A DNA stretch of 63,691 bases, counting the filler, from Globobulimina sp. (taxonomy: Eukaryota), in the NCBI GenBank assembly GCA_003354225.1. It is 12 parts of 12 records of this genome, joined end to end, with 100 filler letters (N's around TTAATTAATTAA, not from the genome) between each part and the next. Parts side by side here need not be neighbours in the genome. Positions count along the whole stretch, not along the records: positions 47,874 to 53,080 come from PIVH01000671.1; positions 53,181 to 58,387 come from PIVH01000672.1; positions 58,488 to 63,691 come from PIVH01000673.1; 9 more parts are not named here. One strand, written 5' to 3'. Below the pieces are notes generated by a model. The model had not been told where the DNA came from, searched no databases, and worked only from the letters and a program-made list of their open reading frames with translations. The position numbers and the translations under genes were made by a program. Positions 47,774 to 61,370 of the stretch are shown in pieces. Position 1 is the stretch's first letter, and each line of letters opens with the position of its first letter.

Positions 47774-47873
47774 NNNNNNNNNNNNNNNNNNNNNNNNNNN
47801 NNNNNNNNNNNNNNNNNTTAATTAATTAANNNNNNNNNNNNNNNNNNNNNNNNNNNNNNNNNNNNNNNNNNNN
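47774..47873. other. Artificial contig-join spacer
   Basis: N44-TTAATTAATTAA-N44. Confidence 0.98.
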
Positions 47874-47971
47874 ACTAAAAAACTGTGTGTTTTGACTACA
47901 AATCTTTTAGTTTGACACGAACAATCATGTCCTGTCCGCACAGCGTTCTGTTTTAAATCTACACTTTTACG

Positions 47972-48640
47972 ATGCCAGCACCAAAGAAAAAACCAAAAAA
48001 ACGTCACAAAGGCGCAGGAAAACATAAAAAGCCAAAACCAAAACCAAAAAATAAAGACCACACAGACGAAAAAAAAGAAATGAAAATGGATGAATCGTTG
48101 CAAATTCGCGGCGTTACTATGGTCCCATTGCATGTATACAAAGAAAGTAAACAAACATTCCCTCCCTATACTATCCTATACTTTTTATATATAAACACAT
48201 CATATTCCATGTCAATAATAATGATAACACAGTATTTGCCATTTACATTGGTCTCATTTGTAGCCATATTGCATGTCATTGGTTTAATGGGCATCACGCA
48301 AACTTGCTTAATAATATGTGGTACGTGGATCGGATGGGGAATTTTGAGATATTTTGCTCCGAATTTGCAAAATCGCCATTTGAAAGGGAACTGCTCCGAA
48401 GACTTTGAGTTACAATATTTATTTCCTCCGATATTGAGGTTCCCAGTACGGCAAATAGCAAATATTACGTATGCGATATTTAAAAATATTGGCTGTTGTG
48501 AGACGCAGTCGACGTCGCGTTCAAAATTGCAAATAAACAGTCAAACAAATCAACGGGACATAACTGGAGCCAGTCTATATAAAATAATAATATTTTTTTT
48601 TCTTCAAAACACTAAGAAATCAATTAAAGATTTCACCTAA
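47972..48640 (+). CDS. TMEM115: ORF containing the C-terminal half of a TMEM115/DUF1751 (rhomboid-like) protein
   Basis: YLPF, GTWIGWGILRYF and KGNCSEDFELQYLFPPILRFPV. The Lys/Pro-rich N-terminus does not fit the family. Confidence 0.55.
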   Translation: MPAPKKKPKKRHKGAGKHKKPKPKPKNKDHTDEKKEMKMDESLQIRGVTMVPLHVYKESKQTFPPYTILYFLYINTSYSMSIIMITQYLPFTLVSFVAILHVIGLMGITQTCLIICGTWIGWGILRYFAPNLQNRHLKGNCSEDFELQYLFPPILRFPVRQIANITYAIFKNIGCCETQSTSRSKLQINSQTNQRDITGASLYKIIIFFFLQNTKKSIKDFT

Positions 48641-48767
48641 TACACAAGCAAGAAACACTAATAAATAGTATAAACAAACAAGGATACAGCCCTTTTATTT
48701 GGGGGCGAAACCAATGAACAAAGGTAAATAAAAATATTTGAAGCAATATACAGAGTATAAAGCTCCC

Positions 48768-51700
48768 TTAATCCGAAATGATCGGATATAAATTCATTAG
48801 ATCTACTTGGTATAGGTATTGAAATCTTTTTGTTTCTTTTGTGTATCGTAGAATGTTTTTCCAGATATTTACTTGAGTCTCTGTGTCTAGCTCCTCGTCA
48901 ATGTCTGGAGGCCGGCGGATTGTATATGGGTAGAGTATCTCGTTGAGTGTAAATCTAATCACATTACGAAATCCAATCCAAAGAGGAAGGCAGAGGAAGG
49001 CATTTAATTCGATATGGCCTGATATGAAGCGATTTAGCATCGCCGCTTCGTCTTTATTGAGGAAACTGATTATTTTATTAAGTTTATTATGTAATTTGGG
49101 ATTCGCTTTATTCATTTTGTAGCTGTCACGGATTGGAGTTGTATTTCGATTAAGCCATGATTTATTCCATTGGAATCTTATTTGTTTATGTAATTGGGTA
49201 ATGGTGGTATTGTATGAGATTTGATTGAAGAGCGATTGGTCATATTTTGTATGTTTTGCTGCAAAGTTGGCCAATCGATCAACTTCGTCATTAAATATAT
49301 TATTATTATGCGATTTTATTTTTATAAAAGATATAAATATATTCGGTTTGTTCTGTTTTATTTGCATTAATTTTATATATATATTTTCTATTAATATTTT
49401 AGTTTCATTATATTTTGGATAATTTTGGCCATTGATGAATTGGAGGAGTGGAAGGTTATCAATATAGATTTTATAATGGATATGTGAGTTATTTGAGGCA
49501 TTCAGGATGTAATTTAGTATCATATGGACAGCTTCAATCTCAGCTGTGGTGATTGTTACTGGGATTTTGAAATAGAAGGCTTGTTTAAATGCCTTTGGAT
49601 GGGATGGTTGTGATGGGATATAAATAGCAGCTCCTCCTTTTCCTGGATTTGGGTCACATGATCCATCTGTAAACGCTAAGGTGATATCAGCATTATTGAT
49701 CATTGATGGGTTTGCCGGATATATATTGACATCAAAGTTTGCAGGCATTAATTTTAAGTTATATGCTGGCGACGAGGTTACCTGCAATTTATTCATTGTA
49801 TTAAAGTCTTGCGAGAGGGCTTTGATGGTATTATTTTCCAGACAATATTTTGTGGCAATTATTAATGGATTTTTATTTAGATTTGAGAATTTATTTGAAA
49901 TTGTTTTGCTTGATTTTCTGTATTGGTGGGATTGGATGGTTTGCTTATATTTATTTAGGGCAATATACGTTTTATTTAGGGGATGGTAGTTATCGTTATA
50001 ATAAACTCTGGCAAGTTGCCGCATTGTCAAATAATGGGCTCTATATTTAATGGGTTCAATTTTTAGGAGGAATTGGAGGTTATCCATTGGCGAATCCAAT
50101 CTGCAGGGAATCGCTAAGCGGAGGAACTTATTTTGGAGGATTTTTAATAGATTTTTGGAGTCATACGGGAAGTAATGGGATAATCCATACTCTATTCTGG
50201 AGCGAGCGAGTGATTTATAGAGAATTGCTATGGAGAGCGGTGACAGTTTTATACCGGATTTCATTGTGAAGAAAAGTCGCCAATAACTGCTCATAGTTTT
50301 GGTCTTTATTTTGGCAAAATGTGCATGGAAATTTAAGCGTTCGTCAAACCATAAACCAAGATATCGGGCAGATTTTTGGTATTGCACTGGATTTTGAAGT
50401 ATTGTATATTTACTTATTTGGGATATTTTATTGGTATTTGGATCAGTTTTATTTGTATATTTAGGATGGAATTTGAGAGGATTGCTGTGGGAGAAGTTCA
50501 TGGAGAGGCACTTGGATGGATTTATCATTAATTGCCATTTAATACACCAATCTCCGAAATTATTCAATTCTTTTTGGAGGAATTTATAGCGGATTGGATC
50601 TTTGCTTCCAGGGCTTGTCCAAAAAGCAGTATCATCTGCAAAACAAGCGAAATGAACAAAATTTGGGAAATTCAATTTAAAATCATTGGTAAAAATTATA
50701 TATAGGATGGGAGATAACGCAGATCCTTGCGGGACACCAATTGGTTGGGCTACCCAATTGGACTCTGCTTTTTTAGCAATAACTTTGGTGTATCTTGATT
50801 GTATAAATGAAGCAAGTACATTTAAAATATTTCCTTTTATGTTATTTTTAATTTATATATCAATCCATTATGCCACACACTATCATAGTCTTTGGAGAAA
50901 TCTGTAAATACAGCGTCAGTGTCACTGACCATATCAAAAGATGTTTGTATATCAGTTATAAAAGTTGTTAACACATCGCAGCAGCGGTTAATCTGAAAGC
51001 CACATTGGTAGTTATTAAATATCTTGTTTGCAACGCAAAAGTGTTGGAGTCTGTTTGCTAAGATTTTTTCAAAAACTCTACCAAGGCAAGAAGATATCGC
51101 AAGGGGTCTGTAGTTTATAGGGTTACTGTGGTCTTTGTTTGGCTTTGGAATTGGTAGTAAATGAGAGAAGTTCCAGTAGCTGGGGAATATTCCTTTGGTC
51201 ATACATTTATTAAACAGAGGAAGTAAGCAGTCAATAAGCGGCTCACCGCCATACTTTATCATTTGGTTATGGATTCTATCTGGTCCATACGCTTTATGTG
51301 TGTCAAGGTTTCTTATCACTGAACGAATTTCGTATTCTAAAATTGGATCATTCAATATTTTGTATTCATTATTCGGTATAGGAATTTCTGTATTGATTTG
51401 TGAAGGAGTCTGTATTTTTGTACAATTTTATCTTCAGATATTCATATAATATGATTATCATTTTTATCATTTATTGGTGAGTTTTTATGTTTGTTTAGGA
51501 ATTTGGAGACAAAATCATTTATATATTTATGCCAATTATTATATTTATCACTTATTTTAGGTTTAGGGGGTCTGGTCATTGCCTCTTGCAATGCTTTTGC
51601 TTGTTGGTATGGATCAATTATATTTGAATTATTTTTATAGTTTAATGGAGGGATATTATTTGTATTGATTCCATTTGATTTGTTATTTGATATAGTTCGC

Positions 51701-52530
51701 CAGAAACGGCGGCCATAATCTTTGCATGTTTGGATATATTTATTTATTCTATTATTATACTCAAATTTAGCCACTTTAATTGCACTTAATTTCTTTGATT
51801 GTAATGCATTTAATATAGGTTTTAATCGTTTATATTTGGGGAATATATGGAAGTCAGTGGCATTTCGGATGGCTTTTTTCTTCATTCTTTGGATTCGGCG
51901 CCTAAGGCGTTTGCAGCGTCTTTTTAGTTTTTTTATTTTGTTGTTCCACCATGGTTTATGGCCTCGATCGTAATATTTGTATCCTATGGATTGCTCAGCT
52001 GTGAATAGGATAAGATACGTTAGCTGCTCTGTGTATATATTTGGATTCAGATCAAAAAGAGGTGGCAATGGGAACGTGGTCGGAGCAGTTTTTGTCATAC
52101 AAAGAATGGAGAATAGACCAATTTGTATTAAGGTTAGATCAATTGCAGATTTGGTTTGGAAGGATTTATGTTATATTTAATATTTGCATTCCAAGGTGGT
52201 TTAGACCATTGATGAAGTTATCTGATTCATTGGTGGATCGATTACTGCCCCATATTAGATTTGGGATGTTGAAATCGCCGGCAATTATGTTTTTATCGGT
52301 AGGCAATGGATAGTCAAATATTTGATCAATATTTGGGTTTCTAGGACAATTATAAAGGGAATGGATACCAATATCTTGGTCTCCACTGTGTAGGATAATA
52401 CTAGTTATATGACAATTTTTTGTACGATGGTTATGGTTATAATTTGGTGGGGAGTTTAATGGAGTGATTATCAAAGTGTTTCTATATAATATGGCAGTTT
52501 CTGTGCCTGTATAATGGTCGTGGTCATCGT
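48768..52530 (-). mobile_element. Decayed non-LTR retrotransposon (LINE): APE endonuclease, RT and RNase H, with several frameshifts
   Basis: APE: IIAGDFN, SAIDL. KPWWN. RT: AYGPDRI, PIPKPNKD, NYRPLAI, QCGF, DFSKDYDSVWH, GVPQGSALSP, FADD, RYLG. RNase H: FTDGSCDPNPGKGG, AEIEA, YID, KSH..NDEVDRLA. Confidence 0.93.
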
Positions 52531-53080
52531 CGAGGTCGAGGTCGAGGTTCTATTTCTATTTCTATATAAAAAAAAAACAAATTAAACAATATAAATTACA
52601 AATATCACATAAATATAAATTACAAAACTCATTATTTAATTTGCTGAATAATTTAATTTAATTTGTAATTAATTGTTGGATGATCGATTGAATTGGATTT
52701 GAGCTGTAATTGTTGGGTGATTGGACGGACGATCTCGTGGTCGATTAATTGTTGGATGGTGTCGTGGTGAATTGGTGATTGATTGAATTAAATTGGTTGT
52801 TGATTGTTGCGGTGATTGATTGTTGTAATTGTGTGAATTTGATTGTTGGAATTGTGCGAATTTAATTGTTGATTGCCGTGGTGTTCTTGATTCAATCCCG
52901 TTGGATTGATTGCACGAATCCCGTTGGATTGCTTAGACTCATTTGTGTATTTGTACGGTTCGATTAACCGCCAAAAGGAATTCAAACATAAACACGTACC
53001 GTTTTGGTTGGTTCATGTTGATGTTCGCCGAAGACTGAAGAAGGAAGAGAGGATGGAGAGAGGATGAAAGTGGTTTTTCG

Positions 53081-53180
53081 NNNNNNNNNNNNNNNNNNNN
53101 NNNNNNNNNNNNNNNNNNNNNNNNTTAATTAATTAANNNNNNNNNNNNNNNNNNNNNNNNNNNNNNNNNNNNNNNNNNNN
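53081..53180. other. Artificial contig-join spacer
   Basis: N44-TTAATTAATTAA-N44. Confidence 0.98.
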
Positions 53181-53184
53181 TTTT

Positions 53185-56100
53185 TTAATTGTGCAAAAAC
53201 ACGCTTTTTTTGACATCACCTCCATAATGAAATTGACCATTATAATTTTTACACGATGCCATTAATTTTAATGTTAAATCTTCTTTTATTTTAATTTCAA
53301 TTTCGTCTCCGAAAACCCATTCAGTTTTAAATTTACTTCCTTTAAATAATTTTTTTAAATGATCACCATCAATCTCTATAATTTTATGCATTGATATTTT
53401 ATCACATTCCCCCATTCTTTCTAACAATTTATCGCGTTTATTATAAAATCTTTCAATATGCTTCTTTCTCAAACAAATAATGTCTGTATTTGACAATAAT
53501 ACTTTTGATGCCACATCTAATGTAAACAAGAATGCTTGTTTTAATTTGTATAACTCAGTATTCTCAATGTCAAATGACGAAATTGCCATTGATTGTTTCT
53601 TAAATACACTGTTTAATTGTTTATGAAATAACACTTTTTTAATAAAAATATTTGAATCAATTGACATTTGCTTAATATAAATTGGTTTATTTTTTCCATT
53701 CAAAATAAATTTTATAGATTGTTTATCAGTGAATTGTTGTATCGAGAAGCAAATATTTATTGATTCCGCTTTAAATATATTTGGTAAATACTGGATGCAC
53801 AATAATTTAATTTCAAATGGAATATAATTCACTGAAATATCGTTATTTTTTTCAATTTCATTTCGAAAATAGCCACAACTCAAATACTGCAACATATCAA
53901 ATGGAAATAAATTAAACGTATCACTTTCTATTAAGTTATCATTATCAAAATTTACCTTTTTATCATTGGATATCGTTAATGTATTATTATATTTTGCCAT
54001 ATTCGACAAACATAATTTATTATATTTTTCTATATTTATTTGTTTGGCAATATTTAAATCTTTTAATGTACATATTTCGACATCGTTGACGTTAAAATAT
54101 TTTATTCCAATTGACATATAAACATGAAATATGGTCAGATTTTTTATTTGCTCCAAATCAAAGCGATATCTCCATAATAAACCCGAATTTGTTTCAAATG
54201 ATATTTGAGCATAGTGATATAATTCCGGTATAAAACAATTAATTGAAAGCAGAATATTTTTCAAATATACCGGAATGTTTTTGCATTCTAAATCAATATA
54301 AAACATATTAAATGTGTGTTTGTAAAATTTAACCTCAACTTGCATTTCTTCAATATCATCAACAAAAGGATCGAATATTGGTATTATTTTACATTTTACT
54401 GTTTCCCCATTAACAGGTTGTCCATCAAGTAATTGTTTTAACTTATTCTCGCCTTTCGATGTAAACTCAGTTTCATGCGAATATCTTGTTTGTCCGTCAA
54501 TTTCTCTCTTTCTATAAAATTTATTCATCAATTCGTTATAATATATTTTATAATTATTTGATATTTGTTTAATATCATAATTATTATTTGGATTTAAATT
54601 AATTATTGCACCATTTTTATCTCTGCTTTTAATATTTTTTAATTGCACAAATATTTCTATTTCCACTTGTTTTAATCCGTTTAATTTGGCAGAATCAAAG
54701 AAATAATCAGTTACGTTCGCATTGCCTTTGATACGTTCAATACAATTATGATACTGTTCAATTTGCGGGAAAAATAAAAATATTTCCAAATCGAAATCGA
54801 GATTAATATAAAACGGAATGTTTTTAACAAAAATACACAATCGAACTTTATCATTATCTTCGCCGTTCTGAATGCCAAAATAAATAATAATTTCATCGCA
54901 TTCATCTTTGATATCACCTTTAATTTTTGTATTTAAATGCAATGAGTGATTATCAAATAATGCAATATTTCCTTTCCAAAATGATTCCAATAAACTGTCT
55001 TTTAATATTAATTCATGTTTGTGCCTGGTTTCGTCATTTTGCGCCATATTTTTTATTTTTTCCCGTTGAGATTCCAATTGCTTTTTTTGTAAAATTACAT
55101 CGTTGATAGTTTTTAATTCGAGACCATTTTTTCCAAAAACCTTTGTTACCTTAAACATGAATTCTCCATTAATTGCTGCTCGAAATGAAGCATTTTTATT
55201 CATCAAAGAACAATCAAATATATTTGATAATATATATCCAATCGCAATTCGTGTGTCATTCGTAACTTTCTCATAAATCAATGTTTGTGAGTTGAAAATA
55301 TGTAATTCAAATTCTATGTTTTTAACGTAATCCGGCAGTGATTTTATCATAATTCTAATTTCAAATAATTTATTTTTTTGCAATTCGTAGGTTGGATAAA
55401 ATATTAATTTATAATTTGTAATGTCAGATAATTCAGATTCATTTGCAATTTTCGATTCAAACTCTTGACCATAAATCATTTTATTTTGCCAAAATGACAT
55501 TGCTTTTTCGTTTTCAATTCGAAACGTTCTCCAATTTGTGCGAATATCATTTGGATAATCATTTTTTAATTGTTTCAGTTGTTTATAATATCGTTCTTCA
55601 TGTATTATTTCTGCAGCTTTATAATCTTCATTTGTTTCTATAGCATTACCATTATAATCCTTCATCTTTTTTATTTTTATCCCATATTCAAATGTAAGCT
55701 CAATATCTTGTAAATTCGCATTGCTGTCCAATTTGAAAATATTGTCGAAATCCCATTTTTGCCCATATCGAACTTGTATGGTTGCTGATGAACATTTAAA
55801 AAAACCTATTCGCGGAATAAATAATATTAAATCAAAATTAATTTCTTTTATACACGACGGTTTGGGGAACGTATGCAGTGTAAATGTAGTTTTTTTACTT
55901 TTTTTATCAAATGCAACGCGCGAATACCATGCAGTTACAATATCATCTAATTTGCCATTATTGTTCCAAACACACTCAAAATCATCACTTAACACAGATT
56001 CTGCATCTCTGAGTATTTTTATTTCATTCTTTTTGATTTCCTGTTGACAGATAAATATATTTTGTTTGATTGTTTCCCGCAACGCATCATATAATTTCTT

Positions 56101-57832
56101 ATAAAAATACTTTCCATTTTCCAGACAATTATTTGATTTCCATTCTAATATTTTCTTCTGATATTTATTGACGTTATTTGCAAAAATATACAATTTATTT
56201 AAAAATAAATCATTTGTTTCTTTTTCTTCATTGGCGTTTGTTTTCGTTGACAATAAAAGTTGAAATTTATCATACAAATGCTGCGCAATTCGCTCTTCAA
56301 CATTGATATTTTTATAATCATGTTTCAATTTTACTGCACATTCGTCACAAAAATAATGGCCATTGGACCAGAATTCACATAGTTTCCGATTGACGCACAC
56401 ATGTAATATCTGATAGGTTGCTATTTGTTTAAAACAATGATCGCAATGCAATAATTTTTTGGTGGTCAACGTGCATGGCGTCAATACATGGCCACAATAA
56501 CAAACACATAAATGCGGCTCCATCCGTTTATAAATAGCACGTTTTCGTTTGTTAATAAATGTTTTATCGACCTCAGTTAAAAGATGATTCCATAGTGATA
56601 TTAATGAGTTGTTACCGCAGTATCTGTTCGTTAACGAAAATAAATTTGCTGAATCAAAATCGTTATTTGATTCCATTTTCGACAGCGTATTATCCATTGT
56701 ATTAAATTGATGGGTGACAAAAATCATTATATTTGGATTGTACTCAACAGATATTCGATCAATCATTGTTTGAATCATGTGTATCATCGGAATTGTATCA
56801 TTTTCTTCAGGCGCTGGAATGTGCGAACAAGCTGTCATTAATGACATTAATTCTTTGCAGTTGTAACATACAATAAAAGTGCTGTCTTGCTTATGATATT
56901 TTGAATAATAATTCATTTCACATTCATACATTATTGGTGCTGTAATGACGGTATAATCTTTGCCACAGCCACAACAATTAAATGATGTATCGCCATAACT
57001 GTCACACAGCAACATTTCAATCATTTGATTACCGCAAATGCAATATATTTCATCGCTAACTTTGTCAGTCATTTTCTCGGAGATTACTTGTCGAAGTTGT
57101 TTGAATTTGGCAGCATATGCCCAATATTTATCAAATTGTTTCGAATTCATTGATTTTACTATTTATATATGCAATGTATGTGAAATAAATTAGAGAAATA
57201 TACAGAACAAAACAACAAAAAACTAAACATCGGTGAATAAAATATATTTGAAATGTAACGATTTTTTTAAGTTTAGTTAATTGTTCGGTGTTGTCAGGAT
57301 TTGTTTGATGTATTCTATTTGATAACATATTATATCGTTGTTTGAAAAATAATATACTTTCAACCAAGCCATTTATTCGTTTTTTCAATTCATTCGTGTG
57401 ATCATCAGAAAGTAACAATTTTTTGTCAGCTTGAGATGTAAGTTGCGATATTATTCGTACGTTTTGTAATAAAAATGCGTTGTTTGTATCGATGTCGTTG
57501 GCTGAATGACGAGTTATTTTGTTGTATGTTATTGTATTTGAAATTCTTTGGTATAATAATTCGCCATGTTTAGGTTTATTGCTTTGTTTTGATTCTTGAT
57601 TAAATATTATTATTGCACATTTACCGCAAAACCCATAACCGGATGGATGATGCTTGACATTCTGTAATGAATCGCATGCATACATCACCTCATTCTTATT
57701 GTAACTGTTGGTGCAAACAGTACAAGTCACTGATATTGATGATTGATATCGAATGCAAAGTTCTGAAGCTGGTATGCAAATTAATAATTTGCCACATACA
57801 CAATCAAACTCCATAACTTGTTTGGTTTGCAT
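53185..57832 (-). CDS. Large protein with three Cys/His-rich (zinc-finger-like) repeats and about six ~170-aa beta-rich repeats; probably 2 exons
   Basis: ORFs 57131..57832 and 53185..57150. Repeats follow C.CG..L/M...C..C...Y/H.C...Y.FC..C. Confidence 0.65.
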
Positions 57833-57963
57833 TGTGTTGAATAAATGCTATCAGTAAAGATTGAAAAAAAACCTCAACCTCCTTGGAGTTTTGCGCAAAT
57901 AAATGCTATCAGAAAACTTTACGTTACCATCGACCATTTCAGGAAGCAAAAAGTCACTTTGAA

Positions 57964-58387
57964 ATGAGTGTATGCTACGGTTCTATATGCTGTTGGTGCT
58001 GCTGCTGTTATATTAAAGCACCAACCAAACGGCCATCGACAGCTCCAACAGCAGCACCAACCAGCGCGCCATCAACAGCTCCAACCATATCCCCTACCAA
58101 CTCACCATCAAAATCAGCTTCTGATCATTATTTTGATTATGCATTTTATGGAATTGGATGTGTTGTTGCTGTTTTGCTCATATTTGCAATTTTAGCATTC
58201 TTATTTAATAAAAAATTGTTTCCAAAATTCACAGGATTTAATGTAGTCGATAACGCAAAATGGATGGCTTGATAATTTTTGCGCTCCAACTTTGGGATTT
58301 TTTTTCCGATATTAATTTAGCATTTGAGATTTGGGCAATACCTGATTTATTTAACAAACCATTAATATTTTATGCTGCCATTGGAAG
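57964..58387 (+). CDS. Fragment of a mucin-like (PT-repeat) membrane protein, possibly frameshifted
   Basis: APTKRPSTAPTAAPTSAPSTAPT followed by a TM helix. The reading continues in another frame (FALQLWDFFSDINL). Confidence 0.4.
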
Positions 58388-58487
58388 NNNNNNNNNNNNN
58401 NNNNNNNNNNNNNNNNNNNNNNNNNNNNNNNTTAATTAATTAANNNNNNNNNNNNNNNNNNNNNNNNNNNNNNNNNNNNNNNNNNNN
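58388..58487. other. Artificial contig-join spacer
   Basis: N44-TTAATTAATTAA-N44. Confidence 0.98.
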
Positions 58488-59952
58488 GCAATGCCTCTTC
58501 TTTCTCGTCTAAGATGGTACGTTCTTTTTCGTGCAACTCTTTGATTTCTTGCTTATATCTTTTGGCCATAGCCGTATATTCTTGGCGCGACACTGACTCT
58601 TTTGCATTCTTTTTGATTTCTAATAGTTTATCTTCAAAATCGTCTCTGTCTTCTTGTAACTTACCGTATTTGTCTTGTAATTCGGTATTAGCTTTTCGTT
58701 GCTCCTCTAGTTTGTTAACTAAATTTGGATATTCTTGATAATGAGGTCTCATTTTTGCCGCTTCTAACTCCAATTCATCCAAAATCTTGGCAGTTTCAGC
58801 CATTTTTATTTCATATTCATCCTTAATAATAGTCATTTCATCCAATTCGGCCTCAACCTCTTTATAATCCTGTTCCAATTGTTCGTATTCAGGGTTTGCT
58901 AACTCAGTCACCTCAGTCGCTAAATGGTCGGCGACATATTTGGCGCGCTCTAATTTTGTTTTTAAATCACAATTTTCATGACTTAACTCCGACACATGTT
59001 TCTCTAAAATGTTAATTCTTTTTTGTTGTTTTTTGGTTTGTTGATAATATTTCTCGGCGGGATCTTCCTGTTTCTTAAACTCGTCGGCAAATATGCTCGC
59101 TATATCGTCCCCGATCTGGTTCTTACCCAATTCCTGCTCGTATTGCGTCACTTTGTCCTCTAACTCTTGCCTCGCCTCTTGCGACGCTGCATTGGTCTCC
59201 TTCAATGTGCCATTATTCAGTTTTAAATTATGATTCTCTTGTTTTAAGCCGGAGATCTCTGACAAATGCTTCCTTTTTAGATTATCAATCTCTTGCTTAA
59301 TATCTATTATTTGCTGTTTATAATTACTAGTATTAGTATTACTGTTAATAATCTCTATATTCTCTTTATTTTCTATATCTTGCAATTGCATATCATCGCC
59401 ATCACCGCCACCTAAATAAGATATAAATGTGTTACTGCCAACAGATGGCGTGCTTGCAACTGCTGTTTTGTTCTCCCCTGATTTGGAGGATTTGGATGAT
59501 TTCTTATTCTCTGAGGATTTGGATGCGGTTTTTGTTGTTTTGGGTAACATTTGTTGCGTTTTAATATCGTTTAAATGATCTCGTTTGGCTCCAATAAATG
59601 CAATTATTTTGCTGTCAGAGAGGAATAATTTTTTATTTTTACTCCCTATGTTGTTAATTACATCTTTCATCATTTTAAACGCATTTTCACTTTTCTCTTT
59701 TTTAAATGCTTCATCTCTATATTTGGTTGCATTTACCATAAGTTTACCAAGTTGTTTTTTGTGTGCTTTGCCGGTCGATTCAACAAATTTCCATACATCG
59801 TCGAATATTTTCTTTTGACTCCATGAACCTGATGCTGTTTCATATGTAATTACCAATGTTTGGTTTTTAAAATCTTTTTTCGATTTTTTGTCACCAAATG
59901 CTATATTGGTGCATCGTAAAATTGGTCCTTTCCTTTTCTTTTTGGAGGCCAT
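58488..59952 (-). CDS. Coiled-coil protein, 3'-truncated
   Basis: Long open frame from MASKKKRK with a heptad-rich C-terminal half. Confidence 0.65.
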
Positions 59953-60096
59953 TGTTTTCAAACTTCGTCGTCACTTCACTCACTTTATTAGCTTATTATT
60001 GCGACAAATGAACCAAAAAAAAAGTCTAAGACTCTAAGCATCTCAAAAAAATTATTATTATACAAACATTATGATACAGAAAGTATGACAACACTT

Positions 60097-61291
60097 CTAT
60101 CTTAATCCAACATCTTCGGGATCCTCCTCATATGTAATACTCTCAACATTTGTTAATTGAACACCAGAATTTAGATTGTGATTACCATCATCCTGTCGAT
60201 CATTATTTGACATCATAAATGTAGTTTGTTTATAAACATGAAAATCATTTTCATCCAATACACCGTCCCCATTGATGTCCAATTTATCAAATTCCTTTAA
60301 TAAACGGTTAATTTCTTTTCGTTTACATTTTTTGCCCGCCACTAACATTTCACAAACGAAGTCAAAGCGGTCTAATTTGGCTTGACCAGATTTTGGAAGT
60401 TGCAACAATGTGGCCAATGAGTGTTGATATTCATCCTCTGGGGTCATGCCATGATGTTTCCTTTTATACATTGAAGCAGCTAAAGACATAAATGCTTGCG
60501 ACACTGAACCAGCTAAAATGGCCAAGGATAGAGTACCAAACATCATCACAATGAGCGCAAACCATTTACCCCCACCACTTAATGGCTTATACTGTCCATA
60601 TCCAATTGTGGTGGATGTAATTATTCCAAAATAGAGAGCATTAAAAAAGGAGAAATCTTCTTCTTCATAAACCGTATAAAAAATTGTCCATATTAACAAC
60701 CAAAATATGTACAATATGAAATGTACCAATGGTCTCAAATTACGGCCATGCTGATATTCTGTATCTGTTTCATCTTTAATATCTTTTGCTGCCTCATCTG
60801 CTAATTTATCTAAATTCGATTCTTTTTGTTTAAATGGAAAAAAACGGTGACTTCTCTGTTCATTGTTTTTTTTTATTTTTATTCTTCGAACAATTGCTGC
60901 AATTTGATGGTCGCTATATTTTATATATATAATATGTATTGTACTACAGTAGATTTATATATATGTCATGTAACAAAGTAACAAACACTAAATATCCAAC
61001 AACAACACGAAATATTAAAAATATACCACAAAACGAAGCCAACGTAAATATAATATTGACAACTTTGCCCAATGTTTGTTGGGGAACAACATCACCGTAT
61101 CCAACAGTGGAGATTGTCACTATGGCAAAATACAATGAATCAACATAGGACCATGATTCTATAAGTTTGTAAATTAATGCTGAAACAATCACAAATACGA
61201 TAAATATTAAAAAAAATATTATAACGGCTTTTGCTGGTAACGACCCGAATTTTGAATTATTGATAAAATCCTGTTCTTTTTTTGTTTTCAT
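60097..61291 (-). CDS. Two-pore-domain K+ channel (TPK/K2P type) with a C-terminal EF-hand; 2 exons
   Basis: Pore 1 YFAIVTISTVGYGD, pore 2 YFGIITSTTIGYGQ, EF-hand DKLDINGDGVLDENDF. Intron ~60986..60914. Confidence 0.9.
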
Positions 61292-61370
61292 TGGAGCCGA
61301 GTGGGTATGCTTTTTATTATATCCTTGCGCTACAAGTGAAGTGAAGTGAAGTGAACTAGTTAATGTTGTA

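Noticed and set aside
48768-52530. RT as a retron, DGR, group II intron or telomerase
   Set aside because: The APE endonuclease, LINE-type RT motifs and RNase H identify a non-LTR retrotransposon.
5228-58487. Regularly spaced TTAATTAATTAA flanked by Ns, about every 5.3 kb
   Set aside because: This is an assembly concatenation linker, and the contigs are simply length-sorted. It is not a biological repeat, and gene neighbourhoods across spacers carry no meaning.
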